Source of the DNA: a virus
Strand: one strand, 5' to 3'
IMG/VR virus record: IMGVR_UViG_3300045988_131228
Coordinates: 96,001-160,000 of that record
Length of the DNA: 64,000 nt
The number at the start of each line of letters is the position of its first letter. Position 1 is the stretch's first letter. The position numbers were made by a program, and so were the translations under genes. The notes beneath the pieces are model-generated. The model worked only from the letters and a program-made list of their open reading frames with translations, ran no database searches and had not been told where the DNA came from. This document shows, piece by piece, positions 17,158 to 26,667 of the stretch.

Positions 17158-19131
17158 TTAATTTAATAGTTGCATAAATTGTTCTTCATTGATAATTTGC
17201 ACTCCCAATGATTTTGCTTTCTTGTTCTTACTGGAAGAAGATTCAATATCATTATTAATCAACGCAAATGTCTTAGCCGATACAGAACCAGATACTTTAC
17301 CGCCATTTGATTCAATAATAGATTTCAGTTCATCTCTATTACTGTATTTCTCTAATGATCCTGTAATAACGAATGTTTTTCCTTGTAAGGTATTTTGAGC
17401 ATTATTAGACTCACTAGGAATTTTAAATGTAAATTCTTTACTCAATTCAAAAACTTTATTCATGTGTGTTATGGCAAATTTTTGAATATTATTACTTGCA
17501 ACTACACCGATACCATCTACTTTAAGATTCCAAAAATATCCATATCCACAAGAGAAACAATGATAAAATTCATCAAAGTTATATTTAAAATGTTTAGCAA
17601 TATCTTTACTTGCACTTTTGCCAATCATGGGTACGGAAAGTGCATAAATAAATCTGTTAAGTGTAGTTTCTTTGCTCTTTTCAATAGATTCTAACAACTT
17701 ATCTACTGATTTTTTACCAAATCCATCAAGACCATACATTTTCCCTTTATAATCGGATAGATGATAAATACTCTTAATGGAATCTAACCATTCAAGAGAA
17801 ATAAATTTCTCAAGTGTAGCTTCTGACAATCCGTCAATATTCAGTGCATTCCTACTTACTGCATGAACAAGTTTACCTAATAATTTACCTTGACAATCAT
17901 CATTCATACACATGAGAACTTCTGAATCATTTTCTTTTACAATTTTAGTTTCTCCACCACAAATAGGACATTTATCTGGAATTGTAAAATTATTAGATTT
18001 ATCAATACTATCATGTACTTTGGGGATAACTTTATTTGAGCGATATACTCTGATTCTGTCACCGATACCAAGAGATAATTTCTTGATATAAGAAATGTTA
18101 TGTAATGTAGCTCTGGTAGTAATTGCACCATCTAAATCAATAGGTTCAAATATTGCTACTGGGTTAATCAATCCTGTCTTAGAAGTATTCCATTCAATAT
18201 CTTTTAGTACAGTTTCATATAATTGATCTTCATATTTATATGCAATGGAATGTCTAAAGAATTTATCAGTCTTGCCTAATGATTCTCCATAATCGTAATC
18301 ATCATATGTCATTACTGCACCGTCATATGGAATATTGTTCTCATCAGCAACATCTTTAATTGTATCTAATACAGTTTGGGTATTTTCGCATCCTATATAT
18401 GGAATCATTGGAACTCTTTCAAATCCACACTTTTCTGCATTTAGCAAATCTTCATAAACAGATTTATGTTCAAATCCTTTAATAACACGCCAAGCAATAA
18501 ATCTCATATTTCTTTGTGCAGCTTCGTTACTATCTAATAAAAGTAATGAGCCAGATACTAGATTTCTTGGATGTTTATATTTTTTATCTGTATCTTTAAT
18601 GTTTTCATTAATTTTATTGAATGTGTCCCATCCAATAATCGTTTCTCCATCAACAATTAACTCATCATAATATGGGATTTTCTTTGGAATATTTTTGATT
18701 GTTAATACATTTTGGAGAACATCTGTACCTTCATAACCATTACCTCTAGTAACAGCACTTACTAATTCTCCATGAATATACTTTAATGTCGTACTAAGAC
18801 CATCACATTTCACAGATACAATACACTGTTTATTTCCTGCAAATTGTTTCAAATCGTTAATAGATTTTGTCTTGTCGAGCGATAACATCAAATGATCAAG
18901 TTTAACTTCATTCAATTTATCTGATACGGTATATCCAACGTTTTGAGTAGGACTGTTTGGAAAGATGATGTTTTCTTGATTTTCCAACATCTGTAATTCT
19001 TCATATTTTTTATCCCAGTCATAATCAGACATAATTGGTGTACTTGTGTAATATGCAATAGAAGCATTATTTAGTTCTTCAATCAAACTTTTCATCTTTT
19101 CAATACGTTCATATCTACTTTTTATTCCCAT
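17158..19131 (-). CDS. ligA: NAD-dependent DNA ligase
   Basis: KCDG adenylation motif, CPICGG..C..C zinc finger, C-terminal BRCT (GKTFVITGSL). 657 aa. Confidence 0.9.
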   Translation of the reverse strand: MGIKSRYERIEKMKSLIEELNNASIAYYTSTPIMSDYDWDKKYEELQMLENQENIIFPNSPTQNVGYTVSDKLNEVKLDHLMLSLDKTKSINDLKQFAGNKQCIVSVKCDGLSTTLKYIHGELVSAVTRGNGYEGTDVLQNVLTIKNIPKKIPYYDELIVDGETIIGWDTFNKINENIKDTDKKYKHPRNLVSGSLLLLDSNEAAQRNMRFIAWRVIKGFEHKSVYEDLLNAEKCGFERVPMIPYIGCENTQTVLDTIKDVADENNIPYDGAVMTYDDYDYGESLGKTDKFFRHSIAYKYEDQLYETVLKDIEWNTSKTGLINPVAIFEPIDLDGAITTRATLHNISYIKKLSLGIGDRIRVYRSNKVIPKVHDSIDKSNNFTIPDKCPICGGETKIVKENDSEVLMCMNDDCQGKLLGKLVHAVSRNALNIDGLSEATLEKFISLEWLDSIKSIYHLSDYKGKMYGLDGFGKKSVDKLLESIEKSKETTLNRFIYALSVPMIGKSASKDIAKHFKYNFDEFYHCFSCGYGYFWNLKVDGIGVVASNNIQKFAITHMNKVFELSKEFTFKIPSESNNAQNTLQGKTFVITGSLEKYSNRDELKSIIESNGGKVSGSVSAKTFALINNDIESSSSKNKKAKSLGVQIINEEQFMQLLN

Positions 19132-19358
19132 ACGTTATAACTCCTTATTCCAATGTCAACAATTCGTGTAAATGGGTTCTCATCTTTCTTACATTTGATG
19201 ACACCTATAAATACAACATCGTTACTTGTATCATATTTCTTTTTATGTTCCATGAGATAATCCCATGCTTGTTGCATAGTGGTGAATTTATCTCCCATCC
19301 ATCCGCTATTATCACCATATTTCACACAAGGAACATATTTATAATTCTTCTTACTCAT
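19122..19358 (-). CDS. hypothetical protein
   Basis: 78-aa packed ORF. Confidence 0.55.
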   Translation of the reverse strand: MSKKNYKYVPCVKYGDNSGWMGDKFTTMQQAWDYLMEHKKKYDTSNDVVFIGVIKCKKDENPFTRIVDIGIRSYNVWE

Positions 19359-19573
19359 TTATTCTCCTTATAATATGGACTTTTCTTTGCATATTCTTTC
19401 AGATACTTTAACATCTCTGATTCTTCTGGAAAGAATGGATTTCGTTTATGCTCAAGTGCAACATAATTTAGAAAGTTTATCATCAACTGACCAAATCGTA
19501 AGTCCGGATAACATTGCATCCATACTCTTTCTAACTCTTTAGTAAATTCTGGTATTCTATTCTTGTCTCTCAT
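19355..19573 (-). CDS. hypothetical protein
   Basis: GGAGGT-preceded ATG 19573 (track start 19585). Confidence 0.55.
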   Translation of the reverse strand: MRDKNRIPEFTKELERVWMQCYPDLRFGQLMINFLNYVALEHKRNPFFPEESEMLKYLKEYAKKSPYYKENK

Positions 19574-19597
19574 TTTGACCTCCATGAAACAGCTCTT

Positions 19598-19765
19598 TCA
19601 TACATATATAAATTCTGCTAATGCATTATAATATCCAGCTAATACTCCTATCACCTGAATAGCTGTAATAATGACTAATAGTGCAAAGAAATGTAATCTC
19701 TTTATATTGATTTTTAAGCAAAATACGCTCAATATCGCCCAACAAATAAGATTTATAACGTTCAA
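19598..19765 (-). CDS. possible small two-TM membrane protein (55 aa, TTG start)
   Basis: Hand translation. Hydrophobic segments NLICWAILSVFCL and FFALLVIITAIQVIGVLAGYY. No clear SD. A competing 50-aa ATG ORF lies in another frame. Confidence 0.25.
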   Translation of the reverse strand: MNVINLICWAILSVFCLKINIKRLHFFALLVIITAIQVIGVLAGYYNALAEFIYV

Positions 19766-19788
19766 AAATAGTTAAATTCATATTTTTC

Positions 19789-20091
19789 TTATTTAATATC
19801 TCCATTCATTTTTGCTTTAAATAACGCTTTTAAATAATCTTGTGGGTTGTCCTTTGCTGCTTGGAATCCTACTTTTTGTCTTTTAATATCATCAAGTACG
19901 ATTTTATATTTAGGACTATTACTTACTTCTTCTCTATATTTCTGCACTTCTTCACGGGTTACTATCTCTTTATCAACTAAAATTCTCAATACAACTTGTA
20001 CATCAATTGCTGTTTTAAGAATAGTTTCTTGTACTTGCAATTCGTGCAGAGCTTCTTCTGGTTTATAAAACTTATCATTACTTACTGGCAT
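19789..20091 (-). CDS. hypothetical protein
   Basis: 100-aa packed ORF. Confidence 0.55.
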   Translation of the reverse strand: MPVSNDKFYKPEEALHELQVQETILKTAIDVQVVLRILVDKEIVTREEVQKYREEVSNSPKYKIVLDDIKRQKVGFQAAKDNPQDYLKALFKAKMNGDIK

Positions 20092-20696
20092 TTAATATCT
20101 TCCTTTCCAATAATTTCTGCTAATGTTCTCGGTGTATAATCCATGTAATTTATCATACAACCAACATTTTTAGCAATACATTTGATATTATGTTTCTCAT
20201 TCAGCGATTCTATAAAGTCTTGAAAGATGGTTTCTTCATTTGAATTATGAACGTGACCATATAACTGAATGCTCCATACCTTATATTCTTCTCCATCTCT
20301 TCTATAATGATGTTGATGATTCCAGAAAGCTAATGGATAGTGTGAAAGAACTACATTATATTCTTTACCATTGATATTATCTTTTACTTCCTTATAATCA
20401 CAAACTTCTACAAATAGTTGCTTATATCTTTGGTCTTTCACTCTATCGTGATTGCCAACGATTAAATGTTTGTTACCTTTCAGTTTGCTTACAAATGAGA
20501 TTACATCTTCATTCTCTTTCCACGCTAAATCACCAAGGATATAAACATGATCAGCATTAGTAATTACATTATTCCAATTTGCTTTAATCGTTTTGTGCAT
20601 TTCTTCAAGTGTTTTAAATGGTCTATTATCAAAATTAGAACCTTCATCTGTTACATTCTTATGGAATAAATGCACATCTGAGATATAGTAATTCAT
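20082..20696 (-). CDS. Metallophosphoesterase (calcineurin-like)
   Basis: ISDVHLFH, GDLAW, GNHD and GHVH motifs in canonical order. Confidence 0.75.
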   Translation of the reverse strand: MNYYISDVHLFHKNVTDEGSNFDNRPFKTLEEMHKTIKANWNNVITNADHVYILGDLAWKENEDVISFVSKLKGNKHLIVGNHDRVKDQRYKQLFVEVCDYKEVKDNINGKEYNVVLSHYPLAFWNHQHHYRRDGEEYKVWSIQLYGHVHNSNEETIFQDFIESLNEKHNIKCIAKNVGCMINYMDYTPRTLAEIIGKEDIKCQ

Positions 20697-21004
20697 TATT
20701 CATCATTCACTTTCTTAAATTTATAAATAGAATTTTCTGTTTCGACATTTATACAAGTAATTTCTCCATTCTTATCTTTAATATATTCAAAAGACTTTAC
20801 AAAACTTGTTCTTAATACTAAGTATCTCATTGGTGTACCATCGGAATCTCTTACATATTTAATAATTAATGGAAAGCCAATTAAAATATCATTAATATCA
20901 AGGCTGATAATTCTTCCAATCCGCATAGGGTATCTATCGTCCTGCCTATCTAACCCTTTTAATGTTCCTTTACTATGTTTGATGCTTGCAATTTTGTATA
21001 ACAT
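20696..21004 (-). CDS. hypothetical protein
   Basis: 102-aa packed ORF. Confidence 0.55.
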   Translation of the reverse strand: MLYKIASIKHSKGTLKGLDRQDDRYPMRIGRIISLDINDILIGFPLIIKYVRDSDGTPMRYLVLRTSFVKSFEYIKDKNGEITCINVETENSIYKFKKVNDE

Positions 21005-21006
21005 AT

Positions 21007-21396
21007 TTATTCTCCCATATCATGAAATTCTCTACCGTTAAGAATATTAATGAGTGCATTTTTATCTCTTTCTAATGCAAGTGAATATGAACACTTTGCA
21101 ATAGAATCAGATTGAGATAATGGTTCTCTTTCTAATTCTTCATCAATTTTCTTATCAAGAAATTCTACAAATCTCCACAAACGCTCTTCAATTGAAGAAA
21201 CTAAGTTGCCATGAATGTCACCATTTGTATCAATCTGTACATCAGAAACACTCAGTTTATTAAAGTTAGTTACTTCTTTCTTACTTAACCATTTAATCCA
21301 TTTGTTGCATTTCTTACAATACAGTCCTGTCTGTGTGCCACTTTCTTTTGTGTAAAATTCTTCACAACCACATTTATTACATTTTTCTGGAATAAT
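21007..21396 (-). CDS. hypothetical zinc-ribbon protein (129 aa) with putative ATT start
   Basis: 130 stop-free codons verified by hand. AGAGGTGA-N6-ATT ATT. N-terminal CNKCGC..CKKC. No ATG/GTG/TTG before codon 73. Stop lies 2 nt from the next ATG. Confidence 0.6.
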   Translation of the reverse strand: MIPEKCNKCGCEEFYTKESGTQTGLYCKKCNKWIKWLSKKEVTNFNKLSVSDVQIDTNGDIHGNLVSSIEERLWRFVEFLDKKIDEELEREPLSQSDSIAKCSYSLALERDKNALINILNGREFHDMGE

Positions 21397-21418
21397 AGTT
21401 GTTCACCTCTTTTCTTAC

Positions 21419-21465
21419 ATACTATATATAGTATTTATTTTAATTTAATACACTATATATAGTAT
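21419..21465. repeat. Two copies of a 16-bp palindrome (ATACTATATATAGTAT / ACACTATATATAGTAT), 31 bp centre to centre
   Basis: Read directly in the 98-nt gap upstream of 21396. Copy 1 is a perfect palindrome; copy 2 differs at one flank base. Confidence 0.6.
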
Positions 21466-21494
21466 TGTTTCTGACATGAAATTCTGCTTTCATT

Positions 21495-21710
21495 TTATTT
21501 CCATATTCCTGATTTTAATTTTTCTTGCGCTTCATCTTTATCCAAAATATAGATATCTCTTTCACAAGCGTTACATACACCATAAACATCTTTTCCATCA
21601 TATTCATAATGATAAACATTTGATCCACAACCACATGGATTCTTCTCATGTGGAACATAGTAACTATGAATGGTTTTAGGTGCATCTTTATAATATTGTT
21701 TTGTTCTCAT
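21495..21710 (-). CDS. hypothetical Cys-rich protein
   Basis: 71 aa with CGCGS..CNAC. Confidence 0.5.
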   Translation of the reverse strand: MRTKQYYKDAPKTIHSYYVPHEKNPCGCGSNVYHYEYDGKDVYGVCNACERDIYILDKDEAQEKLKSGIWK

Positions 21711-21922
21711 ATGATATCCTCCATATCGTAATTCTCTCTTATGTAATCACATAAATCATTCATAACTGAAATAATATGTTCATCATCTTTTAATACAGGA
21801 TGAATATTACACATACATGAGCCATTTGCCCCATATTTTTTGAATTTCTGCATATTAAATGTGATCCATAGGAGAGGTGTTTTTGTAAGATTCTTTGTTA
21901 GTAGTCGTGTTATGATTTTCAT
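21707..21922 (-). CDS. hypothetical protein
   Basis: 71-aa ORF with a 4-nt overlap with its neighbour. Confidence 0.5.
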   Translation of the reverse strand: MKIITRLLTKNLTKTPLLWITFNMQKFKKYGANGSCMCNIHPVLKDDEHIISVMNDLCDYIRENYDMEDII

Positions 21923-21930
21923 TTAGTCAT

Positions 21931-22470
21931 CTACTTTAATATTTTTGAATCTAAACAATTCTTACATAATTCATAAATTATCCTGCCCATATATTCTCTT
22001 TTAATAAAATAAATGTGCATTTTATTACGATTTTGCCATGTCAATAAGGTTCTTAAAAAAGATGTTGGATTTAGTTTTGATTTATAATTTTCTGTAAAAA
22101 TGTCTTCTATATTATCATTCTCTATCAGAAGATAATTTTTCTCTACATTAATCATGCGATTAAACTCTTTGAAGATCCTATCATCATCTTTCGATACGTT
22201 TGCGATATTCCCAGCTAACTCACTTACAGAATTTTTTCTTTCAATACATAATTCATCACTAAAATATGTGTCAATTGAGAAGCCCAATTCCGGGCAACTC
22301 TCAATCATTAATCCATAATCACCTGTTTTCAATGCTTTTGATTTCCACCGAATTTTATTTCGGTCAAACCATTCTGTAACACTTTTATTATTCTGTTCCC
22401 TAGAATCAACCAAAATTATCATATGTGATAATAATTCTTTATATTTTTTATCTGTATAATATTGTTTCAT
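21931..22470 (-). CDS. ERCC4/Mus81-type structure-specific nuclease
   Basis: VDSREQ ... GDY ... ERKNSVSEL, the ERCC4 domain motif order. Confidence 0.65.
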   Translation of the reverse strand: MKQYYTDKKYKELLSHMIILVDSREQNNKSVTEWFDRNKIRWKSKALKTGDYGLMIESCPELGFSIDTYFSDELCIERKNSVSELAGNIANVSKDDDRIFKEFNRMINVEKNYLLIENDNIEDIFTENYKSKLNPTSFLRTLLTWQNRNKMHIYFIKREYMGRIIYELCKNCLDSKILK

Positions 22471-22478
22471 TTAAACTC

Positions 22479-25400
22479 CTAACAAATTTGGTATTCAGTA
22501 ACCCACCATTCTTGTTCATCTATCTTTTGCCATTGTCCATCAATCTTTTTCTTTTTTGGTTCTTTATGTTGATTTGTAACTTTTACAATATCTCCACGTT
22601 TAATAGGATTTTGTTTGAAAATTTTCTTACTAATTTTTACTGGAATTGTATTTCCATTGGCAAGAGCATAAAGTTTTACCTTTGGAGAATAATCAACATT
22701 TAAGTCTTCTACAAAGCAATAACCTGCATATTTTTTATCGACTATATCCATATAACCCAAAACTTCGTATCTTGATAATAACTTCTCTTTTAAAGAAACT
22801 TTTTCGTCAAAATTTCCAGCTAATTCATCTATAATAGCCTTTGAATCAATTCTCATAAAAGTCTTCACTGTTTCTGAACCACAATGCTTTCTAAGAACAT
22901 CAAAATCAATTCCAAATTCAAACGCTTTATCTTTTTTAAATTGTGATAGATATTTCTTATTCTTATAAAATTTCATGAAAACATCAAAATAGTTTAGAAG
23001 ATATTTAATATCACCATAGTCTGAAAAATAATCAATATTAATAAGATCTTTTATTCTGCTATCGGCAATGCCATTTGTTTTAAGACATACAAATAAATCA
23101 GATAAGTTAGAATAACTGCCTTTACCTAGCTCATATAATGTATTTGCAATTGCTGTTGAGAAATTTTTAATAGACGATAGAGATGGATTTATACATCCAT
23201 TATTCTTATCAATGGAAAATTTTCGGTTATCTAATCCAAATTTATATGATCCAACTCGTATTTTTGCATATTCAAACATTTCTTTTTTATATGCGGAAAC
23301 TTTATCCTTATCACCTTTATCTGAATAATGTTGCATCATTACGGCATAAAATTCATATGGGTAATGAGCTTTACAATATGCTCCATATACAGAGTCGAAA
23401 CCGTAGCTCAAAGCATGAGAGGCATTGAAAGAATATTTTGATGCGGCTTCTATGATCTCCCAAGTCTTTTCAAAACCATTTTCACTACCAACATTTTTAA
23501 CCCATCCTTTAAGCAACTTAGCCTTTAATTCTGCTAATTCTTTTTCCTTAAATTTCTTTTTACTTATTTTCTTGATAATAGCATATGTCTCTGTTTGTTC
23601 AATTCCAAGCCATCCAAGATAAGTCATAATAGATTCCTGGTACATCATATAGTGAAAAGAATCTTTTAAAAGGTTATCTAGCTCTGTAACACCTGTTGTA
23701 TATGGTAGTCTATTTAAAAAATTATTAAGCTGTGTTTTAAATCCTGGTCTTAAAGCAGCAACTAAAGATGTTAATTCCATCATATTTTGTGGTTTATATT
23801 TTTTGCAACATTGCACACCAAATGAAGATTCACACTGATTAATTCCAAGAGTATAACCACTAGAATATACGTCCCATGTTTTTTCATCGTCCTCTATAAG
23901 TTTTGTCATTTCTGGAACTGTAGGAGTTTTAATCCCAGCTTCTTTGAAAATATTATTGATTGTAAGCCAAATATCTACTTTTAGTAAATCATTCTTAACA
24001 AACTTATAGTTTTCTGCAACCATTCCATCAATAACAGTGGTTATTACTTCTTTTTTTGTCGCTTCGGATTTACACCTAATTAAACCCACTTCTCGCTTAA
24101 TATCTCCATCATAAATCAAATAGCCACATGGGGCTTGAGATTTTGAATTGATAATTCCTCTATATTTTTTGCTTTCATCTATATAACTTTTATATTTTTT
24201 ATCTACAAAGGTATACAAGTCAATAGAATCTTTCATATCATCTTCTGCATTCTTTAAAGCTTTTTCATATTCTTTAATCTGACTTGTAATTTCATTAGAA
24301 ATTTCAAAATCTAATCCTTGAGATTTTGCATATAACTTGAATGCTGATGATACCTGTAACGGCTTATATGATATCATTGGATATGCATGACCTTCACCCA
24401 TTACCTTAATTTGTGCATCCGCAAAAATCTCAGGAGTACCTAAATTCAAGTCTAAATCCGGTAAACTTTTTGTTTTTAAAATTCTCGTTTTTGAAATAAA
24501 TCTATCTGGATATAACTTTACAGGTGAAATAAATCTATCAATGTTACTGAAACCTAATAATGAATTAACATAATAAGATACTCCACTTCCTCTTCCTGTT
24601 TTTGTAATTATTCCCCCATTCTCAACGCCAGTTTTAACAAGCTCATAATCTATGAGGAAATAATCAGCCATTTTTGTATCAATAATTGCATTTAATTCAT
24701 ACTCAATTCCATCTTTATATTCTTTAAATCTCTCTGGTGATACAGTATTTTTAATTTCATTCCATTTTGAATACACCAAATTATGTAATGTTGTATCTCT
24801 CCATTCTTGTGATTTATCTCCTACCCATTCACCATTAAAAAGATAATTTTTAGGAAGCTTTATGTTTTTATTTAAAACAATATCGTCAAAATCTAAAAGA
24901 ATATCTGTATTTTTAATACATTCATCAATTTGTTCATTGGTTAAAATACCTTGTTTTTTTAATCTTCTACGAGCTTCTTGCTCATCAGGATAATCCATAT
25001 ACCATCCTTGTTCATCTTCATCATATGCGATACCTCTTGCTTCTAAATAATTATCTCTTTCCTTATATTGATCTGGATATATATAATGACTATCACAACC
25101 AAGGATTAATTTGATTCCAAATTCATCATGCAAATCAATTATTCTTTTATTTATTTTCTTTTGAATATCAGTATTATGATACTGAATCTCCAAAAAGAAA
25201 TTATCTTTAAAATGTCTATATAATTTTTCTGTAATCTCATCAATATCGTTGTAAGCCCAATATTTCAAACAAGCAGTTGTTACCATGATATTTTCAGGTT
25301 TTACATTTAATAAAAGATTGATGTCAATTCTTGGTTGTCCATAAAACCCATCTATACTTGCAACAGAAAGAATTTCATTAATATCTCTACGTCCCTCTTC

Positions 25401-25787
25401 ATTTTTAGCTAATAAAATTATATGGCAATTAGTTCTGTCTTTGACAAATTCATTCGGAATTTCTTTGCCTGTTTTTTTATCTATTTTGGGATATTCCGCT
25501 AATCTGTCTTTTACCCAATATGCTTCTGCTCCAAACACAAATTTAAGTTTCTTCTTTTCAAACTGTTCTTGTGTTAATAATCCAGATTCTACATCTTTTA
25601 AAAGCTTATCATTATGCTTTTGAACCAATTCGTATGGGACGTAATAATTTCCTTGATAGCCATGTTCTACGCTTGATATTACATTTTGCCCTAATTCTAC
25701 TGCTCTTTGTATATATTCCTCATATGATGCAGCACAATCAGTAATTAAAACATTACTATAAGATGTGTGTTTATGATAATTTTGCAT
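22479..25787 (-). CDS. dnaE: DNA polymerase III alpha subunit-like replicative polymerase
   Basis: 1102 aa. N-terminal PHP motif (YHKHTSYS). GRGSGVSYYVNSLLG resembles the DnaE GRGSAAGSLV core. Confidence 0.85.
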   Translation of the reverse strand: MQNYHKHTSYSNVLITDCAASYEEYIQRAVELGQNVISSVEHGYQGNYYVPYELVQKHNDKLLKDVESGLLTQEQFEKKKLKFVFGAEAYWVKDRLAEYPKIDKKTGKEIPNEFVKDRTNCHIILLAKNEEGRRDINEILSVASIDGFYGQPRIDINLLLNVKPENIMVTTACLKYWAYNDIDEITEKLYRHFKDNFFLEIQYHNTDIQKKINKRIIDLHDEFGIKLILGCDSHYIYPDQYKERDNYLEARGIAYDEDEQGWYMDYPDEQEARRRLKKQGILTNEQIDECIKNTDILLDFDDIVLNKNIKLPKNYLFNGEWVGDKSQEWRDTTLHNLVYSKWNEIKNTVSPERFKEYKDGIEYELNAIIDTKMADYFLIDYELVKTGVENGGIITKTGRGSGVSYYVNSLLGFSNIDRFISPVKLYPDRFISKTRILKTKSLPDLDLNLGTPEIFADAQIKVMGEGHAYPMISYKPLQVSSAFKLYAKSQGLDFEISNEITSQIKEYEKALKNAEDDMKDSIDLYTFVDKKYKSYIDESKKYRGIINSKSQAPCGYLIYDGDIKREVGLIRCKSEATKKEVITTVIDGMVAENYKFVKNDLLKVDIWLTINNIFKEAGIKTPTVPEMTKLIEDDEKTWDVYSSGYTLGINQCESSFGVQCCKKYKPQNMMELTSLVAALRPGFKTQLNNFLNRLPYTTGVTELDNLLKDSFHYMMYQESIMTYLGWLGIEQTETYAIIKKISKKKFKEKELAELKAKLLKGWVKNVGSENGFEKTWEIIEAASKYSFNASHALSYGFDSVYGAYCKAHYPYEFYAVMMQHYSDKGDKDKVSAYKKEMFEYAKIRVGSYKFGLDNRKFSIDKNNGCINPSLSSIKNFSTAIANTLYELGKGSYSNLSDLFVCLKTNGIADSRIKDLINIDYFSDYGDIKYLLNYFDVFMKFYKNKKYLSQFKKDKAFEFGIDFDVLRKHCGSETVKTFMRIDSKAIIDELAGNFDEKVSLKEKLLSRYEVLGYMDIVDKKYAGYCFVEDLNVDYSPKVKLYALANGNTIPVKISKKIFKQNPIKRGDIVKVTNQHKEPKKKKIDGQWQKIDEQEWWVTEYQIC

Positions 25788-25795
25788 AGTATCTC

Positions 25796-26653
25796 CTACT
25801 CATATGTGTCCGTTTCTGGGTTATATTGTCTATTATCTTCTTGTTGTTTTTTACCAGTAGGTTTTGGCTTATATTCGCAAGCATGATTACGTTGACCGCA
25901 CAAATAATGGCAATAATAATAATCTGGATTTGGATTCCATTCGCTTTCTTTTTCAATGAGACTAAGCGTATCTTTCGCCCATTGAATAGCTTCGTCATAT
26001 TCTTCCTTAACCCAAGGAATCTCTATCCATTTTTGATCTTTGAACATATTCCATTTCAGTTTTGATACTGAACCATATTTTTTTATCACTGGGATTGAAT
26101 ATAAATAGAGTTGTCGTTTAAATTCTAAAAAATGTTGTTGATCAGATTTGCTAATTTTACCGTTTTTTAAAATTTTTAAACTTGCCGATTTATGATCTAT
26201 AATAATAATCTCATTCGTTTTTTTATCTTTAACAAGTAAATCTATATATCCTATAAAATCCTTGCCATTAATAGTAAATTCAACTTTTTCTTCGACACCA
26301 AGAATCTCATAATTCTCCAAATCTAAATCAATATTATCGAAATAATCAATACCTTTATCATAATAAGACTGCCTAATGTCTACGAATTTATTTGGTGGAG
26401 CATTATGAGGAACGTCTTGATTAAAATGTTCCTCATAATATTCATTTAATTCAAATAATGAAAGTTCCCCTTTCTCATACTTTTCAAGGATTTTATGAAC
26501 AAGTGAACCATATTCACCAAAAAATCCATTTTCAGATTTATTACATTCGAGATAATGTAATTTCCATTCATACGGGCAATTATAATATGAGTTTAATCTT
26601 GAAAATGACCATTGCATTGTTCCAAGCAAAAAATCCAGTTCTTCATCCATCAT
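25796..26653 (-). CDS. PD-(D/E)XK exonuclease, Cas4/RecB-like
   Basis: GYIDLLVKD...IIIIDHKS core. N-terminal Cys plus C-terminal CHYLCGQRNHAC cluster, as in Cas4-type Fe-S nucleases. Confidence 0.7.
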   Translation of the reverse strand: MMDEELDFLLGTMQWSFSRLNSYYNCPYEWKLHYLECNKSENGFFGEYGSLVHKILEKYEKGELSLFELNEYYEEHFNQDVPHNAPPNKFVDIRQSYYDKGIDYFDNIDLDLENYEILGVEEKVEFTINGKDFIGYIDLLVKDKKTNEIIIIDHKSASLKILKNGKISKSDQQHFLEFKRQLYLYSIPVIKKYGSVSKLKWNMFKDQKWIEIPWVKEEYDEAIQWAKDTLSLIEKESEWNPNPDYYYCHYLCGQRNHACEYKPKPTGKKQQEDNRQYNPETDTYE

Positions 26654-26667
26654 AATAATAAGTCTCC

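Noticed and set aside
21419-21465. CRISPR-like or tandem-repeat array.
   Set aside because: There are only two copies of a palindromic 16-mer with a 15-nt spacer. No array structure occurs anywhere in the window.
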